Part shown: positions 1-11,708 of the stretch, piece after piece
How positions within the stretch are numbered: the first letter of the stretch is position 1
Layout of the letters: each line of letters starts with the position of its first letter
Source: Squalus acanthias
Taxonomy: Eukaryota
DNA: 64,000 nucleotides
Assembly: GCA_030390025.1 (NCBI GenBank)
Contig: CM059431.1
Span: forward strand, 108,998,001-109,062,000
Reading direction: 5' to 3'
Notes under the pieces: generated by a model
Seen by the model: the letters and a program-made list of their open reading frames with translations, nothing else
What the model was told of the DNA's origin: nothing
Database searches by the model: none
Translations under genes and position numbers: made by a program

Positions 1-89
1 CCATGTAGTTACATTATTTTCAGAGCCTAGTGATCCGTTAACAGTCATAGATTGCTTTTGGAACATGACTTTACCATGAAGAGCGACTC

Positions 90-310
90 CCCCGCCTTAC
101 ACTTTCACTCATTCTTTCCCAGGGACCACAAAACTGTGGAATTCCTTGCTTTCCTCAGTCTTTCCTTCCTTCTATAGCCCGTAGTTTCTTCTTTTCATAA
201 ATCCAAGGTGAACATCAACTACTCATCTCTTCCTGATTCACCTTATTTTCTCTTTTCAACCTGTGATGGTGTCCTGTCCTATGGCCTTGGCCCTTCACTT
301 GGGTTCCACA
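90..310 (+). mobile_element. Old degenerate LINE 3' end (CR1/L2 superfamily)
   Basis: Encodes an SFFPxTTKLWNSL-like motif typical of the ORF2 C-terminus; a similar relic lies at about 35200-35330. Confidence 0.45.
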
Positions 311-662
311 ACCAAAGAAATATTTTTATCCATTATGGAAGGAGGAATGGCAAGAGGTATGGAGACAGACTTGGAGGACCAGCAAAATATCAACTCAAGA
401 TTATATAATCGCACATACCACATTCTACATAAGCTCCACAAATTCCATTGCTATATACTAGGGGGCTGTGGCCAGAAAGCTACGCTCCTATATATATTCT
501 GGATTCAGTCATTCTGGCCAGCAGTCCTAGAGGATAGAAGGACTATAAGCAGTCTTGCACTACAGGAGGAGGTATCTAGCAAGCAGAGTGAGGACACCCT
601 ACAAATGTGCAGGCTAGCACTCTCCGACTACTAGCTGTAAGGTGCATCCTCCTCTGTGGCGA

Positions 663-790
663 GTCATAGAGTTATCCAGCACAGAAAGAGGCCCTTCGGC
701 CCATCGTGTCCGTGCCGGCCATCATGCCCTGTCTATTCTAATCCCATTTTCCAGCACTTGGTCCATAGCCTTGTATGCTGTGGCGTTTTC
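663..790 (-). mobile_element. CR1 LINE 3' tail
   Basis: gagtcatagag...cagcacagaaagaggcccttcggcccatcgtgtc is the reverse complement of the CR1 3' UTR shared with other copies in the window. Confidence 0.7.
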
Positions 791-1065
791 TCCTCAACAA
801 ATAGGTAACTGAAGCACGTGGTGCATGTGTGGGACATATTCTAAATGGAAAGAGTCATATTCAGTCTCCACCGGGAAATGGAGAAACACCAAGCAGTCTG
901 GGGCTCACTCTTGAAGGCTCACTCAGCGGAAAATGCCTTTCCTCCACCTCCCCACAAGCATAGCAATCGACCCATTGACCATGACGTGAAAAGACCGCAA
1001 CTGATATGATCACTAGTAAGCAGGGCCTCCACCCCACTTCGTTCCATCCTGGCCCCCAAACTTAG

Positions 1066-3570
1066 GAGCATAGAAGCAGGAGTAGATCATTCAGCTCCTC
1101 GAGGCTGGTCCACCATTCAATGAGATCATGGCTGATCTGTACCTTAACTCCATCCACCCACCCACCCTGGCTCCATATCCTTTTATACACTTGTCTAACA
1201 AAAATGTATCTATCTTAGATTTAAAATTATTAATGAGCTAGCACTTATTGCTTTTTGTGGGAGTGGGTTGCACACTTCTACCACACTTTGCGTGAAGAAG
1301 TGTTTCCTAACTTCTCCTTTGAACGGCCTAGCTCTGAATTTAAGGTTATGGCTCCTTGTCTTGGACTCACCCACCAGGAGAAAAAGGTTTCTCTCTATCT
1401 ACCCTATCAATTCTTTTCAAAATCATAAAAACCTCAATCAAATCACCCCCCTTATCTTTTATATTCCAGGGAACACAAGCCTACTTTATGTAATCTCTCC
1501 TCATAATCTAAACCTTGGAGCCCTGGTAATATTCTGGTGAATCTGTGCTGCACTCCTTCCAAGGCCATTATATCCTTTCTAAGGTGCGATGCCCAGAACT
1601 GTCACCAGTACTCCAGATGTGGTCCAACCAGGGCTTTGTATAGCTGTAGCAAAACTTCCTCCCCTTTATATTCTAGCCCTCTAGTTATAAAGTCTAACAT
1701 TTCATTAGCTTTTTTGATTATTTATTGTACTTGACTACTACATTTTAGTGATCTATGTACATGGGCCCCTAAATCTCTTTGGACCTTCATGGTTCCTAGC
1801 TTTTTACCATTTAAATTTTTTTCGGATCTATCCTCTTTTGGTCCAAAATGAATGACCTCACACTTACCTACATTGAAATGCATACGCCACTGTTTCACCC
1901 ACTCATTTAATCTAACAATGTCTCTTTGCAATTTTATCCTCCCGCCTACACTACTTACTGTACCACCAATCTTTGTGTTATCAGCAAAATTGAATATATG
2001 GCTCTCTATTGTGTTGTCTAAGTCATTAATAAATATAGTGAATAGTTGAGGCCCCAGCACAGATCCTTGTGGGACACCACTAGTCATTTCCTTCCAATTT
2101 GAGTACATACCCATTATCCCTACTCTCTGTCTTCCAATCTCCTAACCAAGTCAATAATTTGTTTCAATTCCATGAGCTTTAATTTTAGTTAACAGTCTCT
2201 TATATCTTATCGAATGCCTTCTGGAAGTCTATATCAACTACATCCATAGACATTTTCCTGTCTGCTACTTTAGTTACTTCCTCAAAAAATTCAATTATGT
2301 TCATTAGACATTATTTACAAATCCATGTTGGCTCTCTCTAATCAGTTCAAATTTTTCGAAGTGGTCAGTCACTCTATCCTTAATTATAGGGGGTGATTTT
2401 GTCAATGGGGGCGCGTTGGAGGTGGGACTGCTGCTTGTTGGGTTTTAGTCCCGCCTCCATCGACTTCTGGCCAACCCACGCTATTTTCCCTTGATTGACC
2501 TTGTTAGCCCACCCAGTGGGCTTAGCAGACCAATTAAGGGGAAGCCGGTTACAGAGAACGTCAGTGTATGACGTTTCATCTGTCAACATTTTTTGACAGA
2601 TGAATTATCATCGTTTGACAGCTCTGTGAAGCTGTCAAACACTGACATTCTCGGATGTTTGATAAGTTCTTGTATTCAAGACTCATCAAACCTCTTTTGT
2701 GAGCAGAAATTAGATGGCTGCTGCATCTGAGAATGCAGCAGCCATCTGTCATCTCTGCCAGTGAGATGCGGGAGTCTCCGCATCCCCAACTGTTGAAGCC
2801 TGCAGGAAGAAACAAAGGTAAGTAAACCTTTTCTATCATTTTTCACTCACCTCACATACTTACCTCTCCACACTTGCACCCATCACTTACCTTCACAGCG
2901 CACTTTTGGACCCCTCTGACCCCCTCCGACCCACTGCTTGCCTCGATGACCCTGGTGGGGTTTCCCGATGTTGGGAAGCCCGCACCTCTGCTGGAAAAAT
3001 GGAGGTAATCCTCTTAACTGCCAGTTAACTACCTGTTAACAGGCAGTTAAGTGGCTGTAATCCCTTTCCCGCCTCCAGGAGATGGGACCCGGCACGGGTC
3101 GGCTACCCGCCTCCTGGGAAGATGGCACGGAGGCGGGTTGGGGGCGGGATTCTGCCATTTTCCCGGCGGTCCCGCCTCCAAACCCGCCTTTCCAGGGCTG
3201 GCAAGATCGCGCCCATAGATTCCAATAACTTCATCACAACAGACGTTAGACTAACAGGTCTAGAATTTCCTGGTTTCTCTCCCTCGCCTTTTTCCAATTA
3301 CTGGAGTTACATTTGCAATTTTCCAATTTAAAGGACAATTCCTGAATCGAGAGCGCTTTGGAAGATTATGGCTAAAGCATCTGCAATTTCCTCACGTACT
3401 TGCTTTAAAACCCTGGGGTGGAAACCATCAGGTCCTGGGGATTTGTCAGTCCTTCGTATGTTTTCCTAATACTGTTTCCTTGCTTACATTAACTTTAGTG
3501 AGTTCCAGTCCTTGATTCATTATTAATTTCCCTGGAACGTCAGTTATATTACCTTCTTCCTCGACCGTGA
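1066..3570 (-). mobile_element. 5'-truncated degenerate CR1 LINE (RT region to 3' UTR), interrupted by a MITE at 2389-3214
   Basis: ORF fragments SGVPQGSVLGPQLFTIFINDL...FADNTKIGG (1722-2114) and KPGNSRPVSLTSVVMKLLES (about 3215-3297); CR1 3' UTR at 1066-1140. Confidence 0.92.
2389..3214. mobile_element. Non-autonomous DNA transposon (PIF/Harbinger-like MITE)
   Basis: Imperfect TIRs GGGGGTGATTTTG / CAAGATCGCGCCC and a 3-bp TSD ATA (2386-2388, 3215-3217). Removing it restores the CR1 reading. Confidence 0.8.
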
Positions 3571-4199
3571 AGATCAAAATAGACCGACTTCGACCAAAAC
3601 AGTTGCCTCCGCCTCCAATCTGTATTGTTTTTACACTGTAGAGGTTACATTTTATAAATTTGCGCTCCCCACATGGAGCTTCACCCCAGCTAGCAGCACA
3701 AATTGGAAATTCAGGTGTGGAGACCAGGAAAACTGGGTGTGAAAACCAGCAGGTGCCAAAGGATCTGACAGATATTCCATCCATTGAGGGAACACAAACT
3801 TGTAAAATGACCTCTTAGTGCACGCAACTTCCGATGTAGGAGTCTCTCTCTCTGGTCTGCACGTCATAGTGTAACCATCCTCCAGGAATGCGGGTTTACA
3901 ATTCTGCTTCTGAGTCAAAGGGGGTGGTTTCAGTCACTTAAACATGGAGAGCTAGTTTCACGGTCCATATAAAAGCAGAGCCCAGCCACCTAAGGCGACT
4001 GATTGTAAAAATGCAAGCTGCACTTGAAGGTTGCTCTCCTTGCGCACGTATAAAAAGCACCTTGTGGTCAGTTATAAGCAATCTGTCAATTGGATGCAGA
4101 TCTTTTACATTAAAGCCCCCCTGCAGCCCCTGGCCCCAATGACATGTCTCCTAAAAGAGTGCAATCCTTGCTTAAAAGGAACACAGGACCTGATACTTA

Positions 4200-4935
4200 C
4201 AGGGAGGCAGGGGAATGTGTTTGCAGGGGGAGGGGGGAGAAACTGAAAATCCTGAGAACGCTGAGGACCTGAGGAATTTAAACGGCAGGACTTCATTGTA
4301 ATTTTTTTTTTCTACTCCGTTTCCCACCTGGAAGCCGGCCAGACTGATCGGCTGGCTGTCTGCCGGGCAGGAAGTCCAGCGGTAGAAGGACGCAGCTGGG
4401 GACCCTTGGGAACGGGCCATGGCAACCAGGACAGATCGGGGGTCATTTGGGGGGTTGAGGGTGGGGGGGGGGGGGGGGGGGAGGAGACGGACCAGCAGTC
4501 GGGTGGGAAGGGGGTCCAGGAGAGATCGCGGGGCAGAAGAAGGGGTGGGGGGTGGTGTGGTTAGCCGATCGCGGTGGGTGATTTGCTTGCGGGGGCCGGG
4601 AGGAACCACTCCTGCTCCTTCTGGCCCACAAGCAGTGCTCTAAAAAGCACTCACCCGCTGGATCCGGCCGCTCTCACCTCCCTTTAGCTGCCGGGTTTCC
4701 CGAGCCCTCGGCTAAATTTAAAAATCAGGCTCCCAACTGCACTGCGGGAGCCTGATTTAAATATTATAGCGTCCCGGCTATCGAGAGCGCGACACTCGCA
4801 CAGCACGCAACCTGCTAGCGTAAAAATGGCGGCTGGCACGTATGCGGCAGGTTTTTAGCCCTCCTTCCCCCCCGGGCCCTCTCCTGCCCATTTGGGGGGG
4901 GGGGGGGGGGTGAAGGGAGGTTAAAATTGCCCCCA
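4200..4935. mobile_element. GC-rich Harbinger-like MITE (left end unclear)
   Basis: Ends in gttaaaattgcccc; shares the internal motif cactcctgctcct(t/c)ctggcccacaagcagtgct with copies at about 8700 and 50705. Confidence 0.65.
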
Positions 4936-5295
4936 AAGTATTTGATGCAGGCATGCCCCAGTATCCCGTACCATTAACAAGCCTGACTGCTGTGTTGAAA
5001 GGTGTTGAAAGGTAGTCTGTGCAAAGCCCTTTTTTCAGGTCCCAGCTGCCACAATCATTGCAGTTTTTTGCCACGCCAGATTGTAGCTGCCTTTCTGTTA
5101 CTTCAGTGAATTCCACTCAACCTGGATAGCTACACATTCCCCACAGACAGAATGACATCTTATGTATCTCTCACTTTTTAGACAGAGGGTGACAGCTCGC
5201 CCTGGCACTTTCGAAAAGCCAAAGGTGCTTTTACAGCACATCGCCATAAGGCACGAGTGAAGCCAGCAAATCCAGAATCAAAATAAATATTACTG

Positions 5296-5993
5296 GAGCC
5301 CAGAGTTTCTGTCTTGAAAAATCAGCCAAACCGGCCTAAAGGATCGAGGTATTTCAAGCGCAAGTTACGTCGAGCGTAAATCGAGATTCCGCGATCTTTT
5401 GCGCTGGTTCAAACAAAAAATTGCGCTGGAAGCCGGCCCCGCCCACAAACAAGCCACGCCCCCAGATCGAATTAATCACCATTGAGAGTTTCCGCTAATT
5501 GCGCTTGTTGACAGGTCTTCGAGGAGGCTTTTTAAAAAAAATTAAGGGGCAAGGACACCAATAGGCACCTTTTAAAATCGTTTAAATTATCATTTTTTTA
5601 AAATTTACTAAGAAACTGACTACTGTAAACCAATGTAACTAGTATATGGTTCAGTATAGTACTTTAAAGTCATGTTTAGTGATTTAAAATCAGGATACTC
5701 ACAGCCGATGGACTAGACACTCGGATTTAAAAAATGCTTATTTTTTGGTGATAAACCCATATCCAGCTGCACCAGGTTACCGCTTTTAAATACATCAAGA
5801 ATTATTTCTGAATGCAATGGGAAAAAAAACAATTACGTTCTATTACGCTGCCTGATTGCGCTGGTTCATGGAAGAGTTTACGTTTGCAATTATGCAAATG
5901 AGCTTGGGCGGAAACTTGAACCATCAGGTCACCTCGAAAAACCAGCGCAATTTGCGTCCAGACTGACGATGGCGCCCAAAGCGGAAACTCCAC
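5296..5993. mobile_element. TIR-bearing non-autonomous DNA element, family also at 41362-43253 and 47515-48230
   Basis: Ends gagtttc(t/c)g...gcggaaactc; long internal blocks (gaattaatcaccattgagagtttccgctaatt, ggtgataaacccat, gcaccaggttacc) recur in all three copies. Confidence 0.75.
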
Positions 5994-6251
5994 TACTTAG
6001 TGTTTGCTCTCCGATGACTTATTCACTGTTAATCAAAATATATTTTTTTAAAGTACGTAATATTAATACAAAGCTCATGACAGTAATAAAAACGGAAAAA
6101 TGGCCTCCCAAACGCTTCAGGTAGTTCCGGCAGTGAGTAGCCCTGCTAGTCAGAGCAGGTGGGTCCTATATTTGTGCTGAGTTAGCTAATCTGGGTTGGT
6201 GGTCGAGAACACCCTGGATCAGTGAGAAGAATTCAGCCAGCTTTCTGTTCC

Positions 6252-6272
6252 TCACACACACACACACACTCA

Positions 6273-6313
<41 letters not shown>

Positions 6314-6369
6314 CACACACACTCACACCACACACACACACACACTCTCACACACACACTCTCACACAC
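6252..6369. repeat. Imperfect (CA)n/(CT) microsatellite
   Basis: Seen directly. Confidence 0.95.
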
Positions 6370-6449
6370 GTGTGGACATTGGGTAAGGACCAGATCAGGT
6401 TGAGGCGTGATCTCCGTCACGGGGAATAGCTTGCAGACTCACTGGGAAC

Positions 6450-6812
6450 AGAGGCATCTTAACAAACCCCGCCCGTTGGGAGAAACTCAGGGGGTCAAGA
6501 GGCCCTTCCAAGGTCAAGTGCATGTCTATCCTGTGCAGGGTGAGGAAGGGACAGGAGGTTCCCTCCGCATCCCACAAAGTAAGTGGCGGCTTCCCCTGTC
6601 CTGAGGCCCAAGGCCTCCGCACCTTACCAGCTCGCCGGCGAGCTTTCCTTTGCTGCTGGCCAGCAGCCTCCAGAACGATTGCTGACCGGTGGCATGGAGA
6701 GGAGGCCTGGGAGTTAATATACCTCGGGTCTGACACTTAGGCCTGGGATTGTATTTTACACTCGCCCCGCTCCCCGTCTGCCTGAAACCCACTGAGGGTT
6801 AAAATCAACCCC
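6450..6812. mobile_element. Partial Harbinger-like MITE
   Basis: Terminal gggttaaaatcaacccc matches the ends of other MITEs in the window. Confidence 0.55.
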
Positions 6813-6817
6813 CACTG

Positions 6818-7282
6818 TCGACACCATCCAGGACAAAGCAGCCCGCTTGATTGGCACCCCATCCACCACCTTAAACATTCACTCCCTCCACCACAGGCGC
6901 ACCGTGGCTGCAGTGTGTACCATCTACAAGATGCACTGCAGCAACTCGCCAAGGCTTCTTCGGCAGCACCTCCCAAACCCGCGACCTCTTCCACCTAGAA
7001 GGACAAGGGCAGCAGGCGCATGGGAACACCACCACCGCCTCCAAGTTCCCCTCCAAGTCACACACTATCCTGACGTAGAAGTATATCGCCGATCCTTCAT
7101 CGTCGCTGGGTCAAAATCCTGGAACTCCCTCCCTAACAGCACTGTGGGAGTACCTTCACCGCACGGTCTGCAGCGGTTCAAGAAGGTGGCTCACCACCCC
7201 CTTCTCAAGGGCAATTAGGGATGGGCAGTAAATGCCGGCCTTGCCAACGACACCCACATCCCAGGAACGAAGAAAAAAAAAT
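6818..7282 (+). mobile_element. 3' end of a second CR1-superfamily LINE family (A-rich tail)
   Basis: DTIQDKAARLIG...LHHRRTVAAVCTIYKMH...SKSWNSLPNS; highly similar copies at 12950-13568 and 63015-63433. Confidence 0.85.
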
Positions 7283-7848
7283 CACATGTTAATAATGGCG
7301 AAATACTGGAGGGTGACTGGTGCTGTGTAAACTGATCCCAACAAGTCGTCAATGCTGTCAGGAGAGGTGAGAAAATTGGCAGAAAGAGGAAAAAAAACAG
7401 CTGGGGGTAGGTGAAAAATAATGCTCTGACCATGTGTCCTTAAAATTACAATCAGGGTCTTAACTATGTGATAGGATTCAGATTGGCATAGTAAAGAGGC
7501 CTGCCACTTAAACAAGTGGTACCGTAGCTTCAGAAGCATAATTGCAACATGTGGGATATTTGCCAAAAAAAATATAAATTTTGCACATATGATTTATACA
7601 TACATATTTGTTGTTTCACTCACCATATTTTAAATGCTCGTCTTCCCTGACAGTACAACCCACCCATTTCCTGATAGACAGTCAGAGACCCTCTTCCCAG
7701 GCCTCCCTCATTTTTACTTTCTTAGAAGGTGTGCTAGTTTGGATTAGGCCAACGCTCGCATTTTACTTCCCCCGTTGTGCAAGAGGCACCGCCCCTTTTG
7801 AAAGCATACCTGAGAAGAGAAATTTACCATTCCCCAATATCCTTCTGT

Positions 7849-8276
7849 TCAGCCGTGGCTCAGTGGGTAGCACTCCTGCCCCTGTAGTCATGAAGGTTGT
7901 GAGTTCAAGTCCCACTCCAGAAAAACTTGGGCACATGATCTAGGCTGAAACTCTAGTGCAGTACTGAGGGAGTGCTGTCTTTTGGATGAGATGTTAAACC
8001 GAAGCCCTGTCTGCCCTTTCAGGTGAACATAAAATATCCTGTGGCACTAGTTCAAAGAAGAGCAGGGGAGTTCTCCCCAGTGTCCTGGCTAATATTTATC
8101 CTTCAACCAACACCCCAAAAAAGGCAGATTATCTAGATATTTTCTCATTGCTGTTTGTGGGAGCTTGCTGTGCGCAAATTGGCTGCCGCGTTTCCTATAT
8201 TATAACAGTGACTACACTTCAAAAAGAAATTCATTGGCTGTAAAACGCTTTGGGATGTCCTGAAGTAGTGAAAGGG
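7849..8276 (+). mobile_element. tRNA-derived Deu-domain SINE (SacSINE1-like) with L2-type tail
   Basis: A box tggctcagtgg, B box gttcaagtc, and a central Deu-like block (ggcacta...gaagagcaggggagttctcccc...tgtcctggc). Confidence 0.85.
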
Positions 8277-8412
8277 GACAAGTGTTTTTTCAGGTTTTGG
8301 ACCACATACTTAAGAGAGATGACACGTTTGGTACAACTTTACGCCAAGTCTATCACTTTGTTTGAACAGAGCAGAGGTCAAGTTAAAAAGATTTGGTAGG
8401 GGGGGGGGCGGA

Positions 8413-9071
8413 AGGGTGATTTTAACTGCCAGGTTTTCAACAGGAAATCGCTGATTTCAGTTAGATTCCCACCCGTGGCAAAAATGAGGCCACGGCGATT
8501 TTAACCACCGGACCTCATTGGCATGCCGTCCGTCCACTTCCTGCCCGGGATAGAGGAGAGGTGAGCAGAAAGGTGCTGCCAACCTGCGGAAATTCTGTGG
8601 TCCTTTGCTGCCCAGGCAGGTGTGTGGACTGGGGTTCCTCAGGGTGGGGTTTCTGGGGCAGTGGAGGCCTAAACTCTCCTTATGGGGCCCGGGGCAGCAC
8701 TCCTACTCCTCCTGGCCCAACAAAAAAAAAAGATAAAACCTTATCTGGAGCGGCCCCTTCCACTTCTGATCCTCTCCTCACTTGACTTTACCTGGCAGGA
8801 AAGCCGCAGCATCTTCCAAGCTCAGGTCGGAGTTTAGATGGCGGACGGGGCACGATGATGTCATCAGACCCCGACCTGCATATTTAAAGAAGGACCCAGC
8901 CAGTGTCGGGTGGGTGAGTTTGTCGCCTGCTCAGAAGAGCAGGTTAAAATTGAAGGCGGCGGGATCTCGGCCGGTATGTCGCCCATTCGACTTTAACTGC
9001 CTACCACCGCCCCCCCTCCACCCCGCCCTCCACCAGGTTTCCGGCAGACAGCTAGGGTTAAAATCAACTCC
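8413..9071. mobile_element. Harbinger-like MITE
   Basis: TIR-like ends agggtgatttttaac / gttaaaatcaactcc; shared internal family motif at about 8697. Confidence 0.7.
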
Positions 9072-10221
9072 TTGCTTTTTGAACCAATCCTCGTCATATT
9101 TTATTGAGCCCAGAACAGTGCCGCACCAGTACACTCCTGCTCTACAGTGAATTAACACGGTTTATTCTGAAAGTAATAAAGGCCTCATAAATCATAAGTG
9201 ACAAACTCCATACGGGATATGAAGGTCTTACTCATACGTGGAACAAACCCGTGATTAGTCACTACATGTATTATACAATGCTGCACATTCACAGTTCTCG
9301 TCTCACACCCATGACACAAAATGTATCAGTGCGACTTTAGTGTGGGTTGGATTACAGTTGAAAAGGGAAATTTGGCATACCGACATCAAACGCGGAGCCT
9401 CACTTAACCAGAGCAAGGATCAGATGCCCCAGCACGGAGGTTAGAGGTCAGTGTGTCCAATTTGCTGCACTTCCGCTGTAACCCGGAGCACCGTGAATCG
9501 GGTGCCTCGACTTCTGCGTCTCATTCTCCGCTCTTGTGGATCAAAGCGCGATGCTGGAGCACAGCTGACACAAGTGGACTCTTTCTTTTCAACCCAAGCT
9601 AATCTTAAACGTAATAGAGTGATTTGTACGGAACTGCACAGCCGTGATCTGGTGGCAGGTTAAGGTGGGGGGGTGGGGGGAGGGGAGGGAGGCGTGGACG
9701 GAAGTTTGCATCTGACAATGAGCTTCAGCTGACTCCGGGTGCAAAGCCTCTATCTGAACGCTGTGATTCTACAATAGCTATTCTGCTCAAGTATACACGG
9801 AGGGACCATTCCAACTGCACAGCTCCCAGTTTTCAGGCGCTACGCAGTCTCCTAAGGCCCGAAAATGGCAGTTAGTAAGTGTGCCGCCATATTGGGTAAG
9901 GACAAACAGGAGGAATCCTTTACCCACGCCTAAAGTAGGTGTTTGGTCGTTTACATATGCAAATAAGAAAGAAAGAAAGACTTGCATTTATATAGCGCCT
10001 TTCACGACCACCGCACGTCTCAAAGCGCTTTACAGCCAATGAAATACTTTTGAAGTGTAGTCACTGTTGTAACATGGGAAACGCGGTATCCAATTTGCGC
10101 ACAGCAAGCTCCCACAAACAGCAATGTGATAGTGACCAGATGATCTGTTTTTGTTACGTGGATCGAGGGATAAATATTGGCCAGGACCCCGCGGAGAACT
10201 CCCCTGCTCTTCGAAATAGTG

Positions 10222-10433
10222 AGGTCGCACAACACCAGGTTATAGTCCAACAGTTTTATTTGAAATCACAAGCTTTCGGAGCTATCGATTGCTCCTTCCT
10301 TCACCTGAGGAAGGAGCAATCGATAGCTCCGAAAGCTTGTGATTTCAAATAAAACTGTTGGACTATAACCTGGTGTTGTGCGACCTCTCAATTTTGTCCA
10401 CCCCAGTCCAACACCGGCATCTCCGCATCACGA
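10222..10433 (+). mobile_element. Penelope-like element terminal fragment with an inverted 5' partial copy (hairpin)
   Basis: 13-bp direct repeat cttcgaaatagtg at 10209-10221 and 10434-10446; same tail as the copy at 11709-11967; contains a hammerhead motif. Confidence 0.85.
10301..10342 (+). ncRNA. Minimal type I hammerhead ribozyme motif in a PLE terminal repeat (core intact, but embedded in an 80-bp hairpin)
   Basis: tcac-CTGAGGA-a-ggagc(aatcgata)gctcc-GAAA-gc-TT-gtga: stem I tcac/gtga, stem II, palindromic AGCT in place of stem III. Confidence 0.75.
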
Positions 10434-10915
10434 CTTCGAAATAGTGCCATAGGATCTTTTACGTCCACCTGAGAGCACAGACAGAGCCTCGGTTTAACGT
10501 CTCATCCGAAAGATGGCACCTCCGACAGTGCAGCACTCCCTCAGCACTGGCACTGGGAGTGTCAGCCGAGATTTATGTGCTCAAGTCCCTGGAGTGGGAC
10601 TCTGAACCCACAACCTTCATGACTCAGAGGCGAGTGTGCTACCCACGGAGCCAGGGCTGACACTAGAGGGGCCGAATGCCTGCTTCAGGTCTCTGCTCCA
10701 ACACTGGTTTGGCGGCGGGAGGGAATGTCCAAAAATGGATCCTCCCGAATTTATCCCCCTATGACTTTAAAAGACCACTGCCATCAGGGTACTTTGCATG
10801 TACACTAGGTAATTACTATTTACAAATCAGAATTCCTGAATGTAAAATAAAAAACACAGCCTATTCTCAACGCTGCTGGACAGTGACTTGGTCAGCACCT
10901 TTTCAATGTCATTAA

Positions 10916-11020
10916 ATCTGATGAAAGGTCATCGACCTGAGACGTTAGCTCTGTTTTCTCTCTTCACAGATGCTGCCTGACCTGCAGAGTGTTATCCAAA
11001 ATTTTCTGGTTTAATTTCAT
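10916..11020 (+). mobile_element. Short PLE 3' tail
   Basis: ctctgttttctctcttcacagatgctgcctgacctgc matches the tails at 14850, 46050, 54840 and 57240. Confidence 0.75.
10918..10950 (+). ncRNA. Degenerate hammerhead motif (GAAA changed to GAGA, 5' strand of stem I lost)
   Basis: CTGATGAaaggtcatcgacctGAGAcgttagct at the start of a short PLE tail. Confidence 0.55.
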
Positions 11021-11289
11021 TATTTCTGATGTTTAATTACAATCTTTAGATTCTGTTTTCCTTTTGCTGCCAATTTCCTTCCCTCCACTCAGTGAATTCC
11101 ACCGGCATTCTATCATTGTCCCACCCTAGCCAGTGGCAGATTGGCAGAATACCTGCTGGGAGTGGTTTTAAGTGGTTGTTTCCAGCTGTCGGTGGCATTT
11201 CCCTGGAGGTTTCACAGTCTCCCAAAGTTAAGGCAGGAGGTGGGTGGAGCCCCAGCAGAACTTCAAGGTCACAAGTTCTGGGCTGGCTT

Positions 11290-11535
11290 GTGGACTACGG
11301 GCATCGTAGCTAATTCCAACTCTGCCCTCAGCCAACGCTCACATATTTGGACATCCAACAAGGATTGTGACCAGGAGCAAGAGCCTTGGCCAATTTTCCC
11401 CACCCCTAGACCAGGAGCACTGCGGCATTTGCACCTTAACTGAGATAAGCTAACTCAGCACAGACTGTGGATGAAACCTGGGGCCTTCCTGGTTTGTAGG
11501 ACTCAGCTACTTGTTAAGTCAACTCACGGAGACAC
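11290..11535 (-). mobile_element. Old tRNA-derived SINE relic; similar relics at about 6160-6440, 29380-29600, 30130-30500, 33790-33940 and 60340-60480
   Basis: Recurring degenerate motif accaggaaggccccaggtt...ctgtgctgagttagct. Confidence 0.5.
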
Positions 11536-11708
11536 CACAGTGGCAATCGTTAGAGATCCAAGGGTAAATTTTCTGCGGTTTGCTTAATTTAGCAAAAAAA
11601 AGTAGAAACGGGTATTAAAGTGGAAAAATTTACTTGCGTCTAATTTTATTTCCTAAAATTTGCCAATAGGGGAAAATATATCCCTAATAACTAACCTATT
11701 TAAGCAGG

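Larger units (their letters stand above)
9962..10663 (-). mobile_element. Deu-domain SINE interrupted by a PLE insertion
   Basis: Reverse complement of the 7849 and 55603 family with a (CTTT)n tail; its two halves rejoin across the TSD. Confidence 0.9.

Noticed and set aside
263..634. 123-aa ORF
   Set aside because: No recognisable homology or convincing splice context; it begins in a LINE relic.
3600..3920. Possible downstream DACH1 exon (ERETPTS resembles DETPLST)
   Set aside because: Similarity is limited to a few residues. The expected ERVPDSPSP and LSSIETLLTNIQ exons were not found, so they probably lie outside the window.
4460..4482. Poly-G tracts as functional G-quadruplexes (also about 4894, 24227 and 50672)
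   Set aside because: Mostly inside MITEs; homopolymer lengths are unreliable and nothing supports function.
10221..10387. miRNA precursor or DNA-transposon MITE
   Set aside because: The arms derive from a PLE terminal repeat also present unpaired at 11709-11967, and the unit continues asymmetrically to the TSD.
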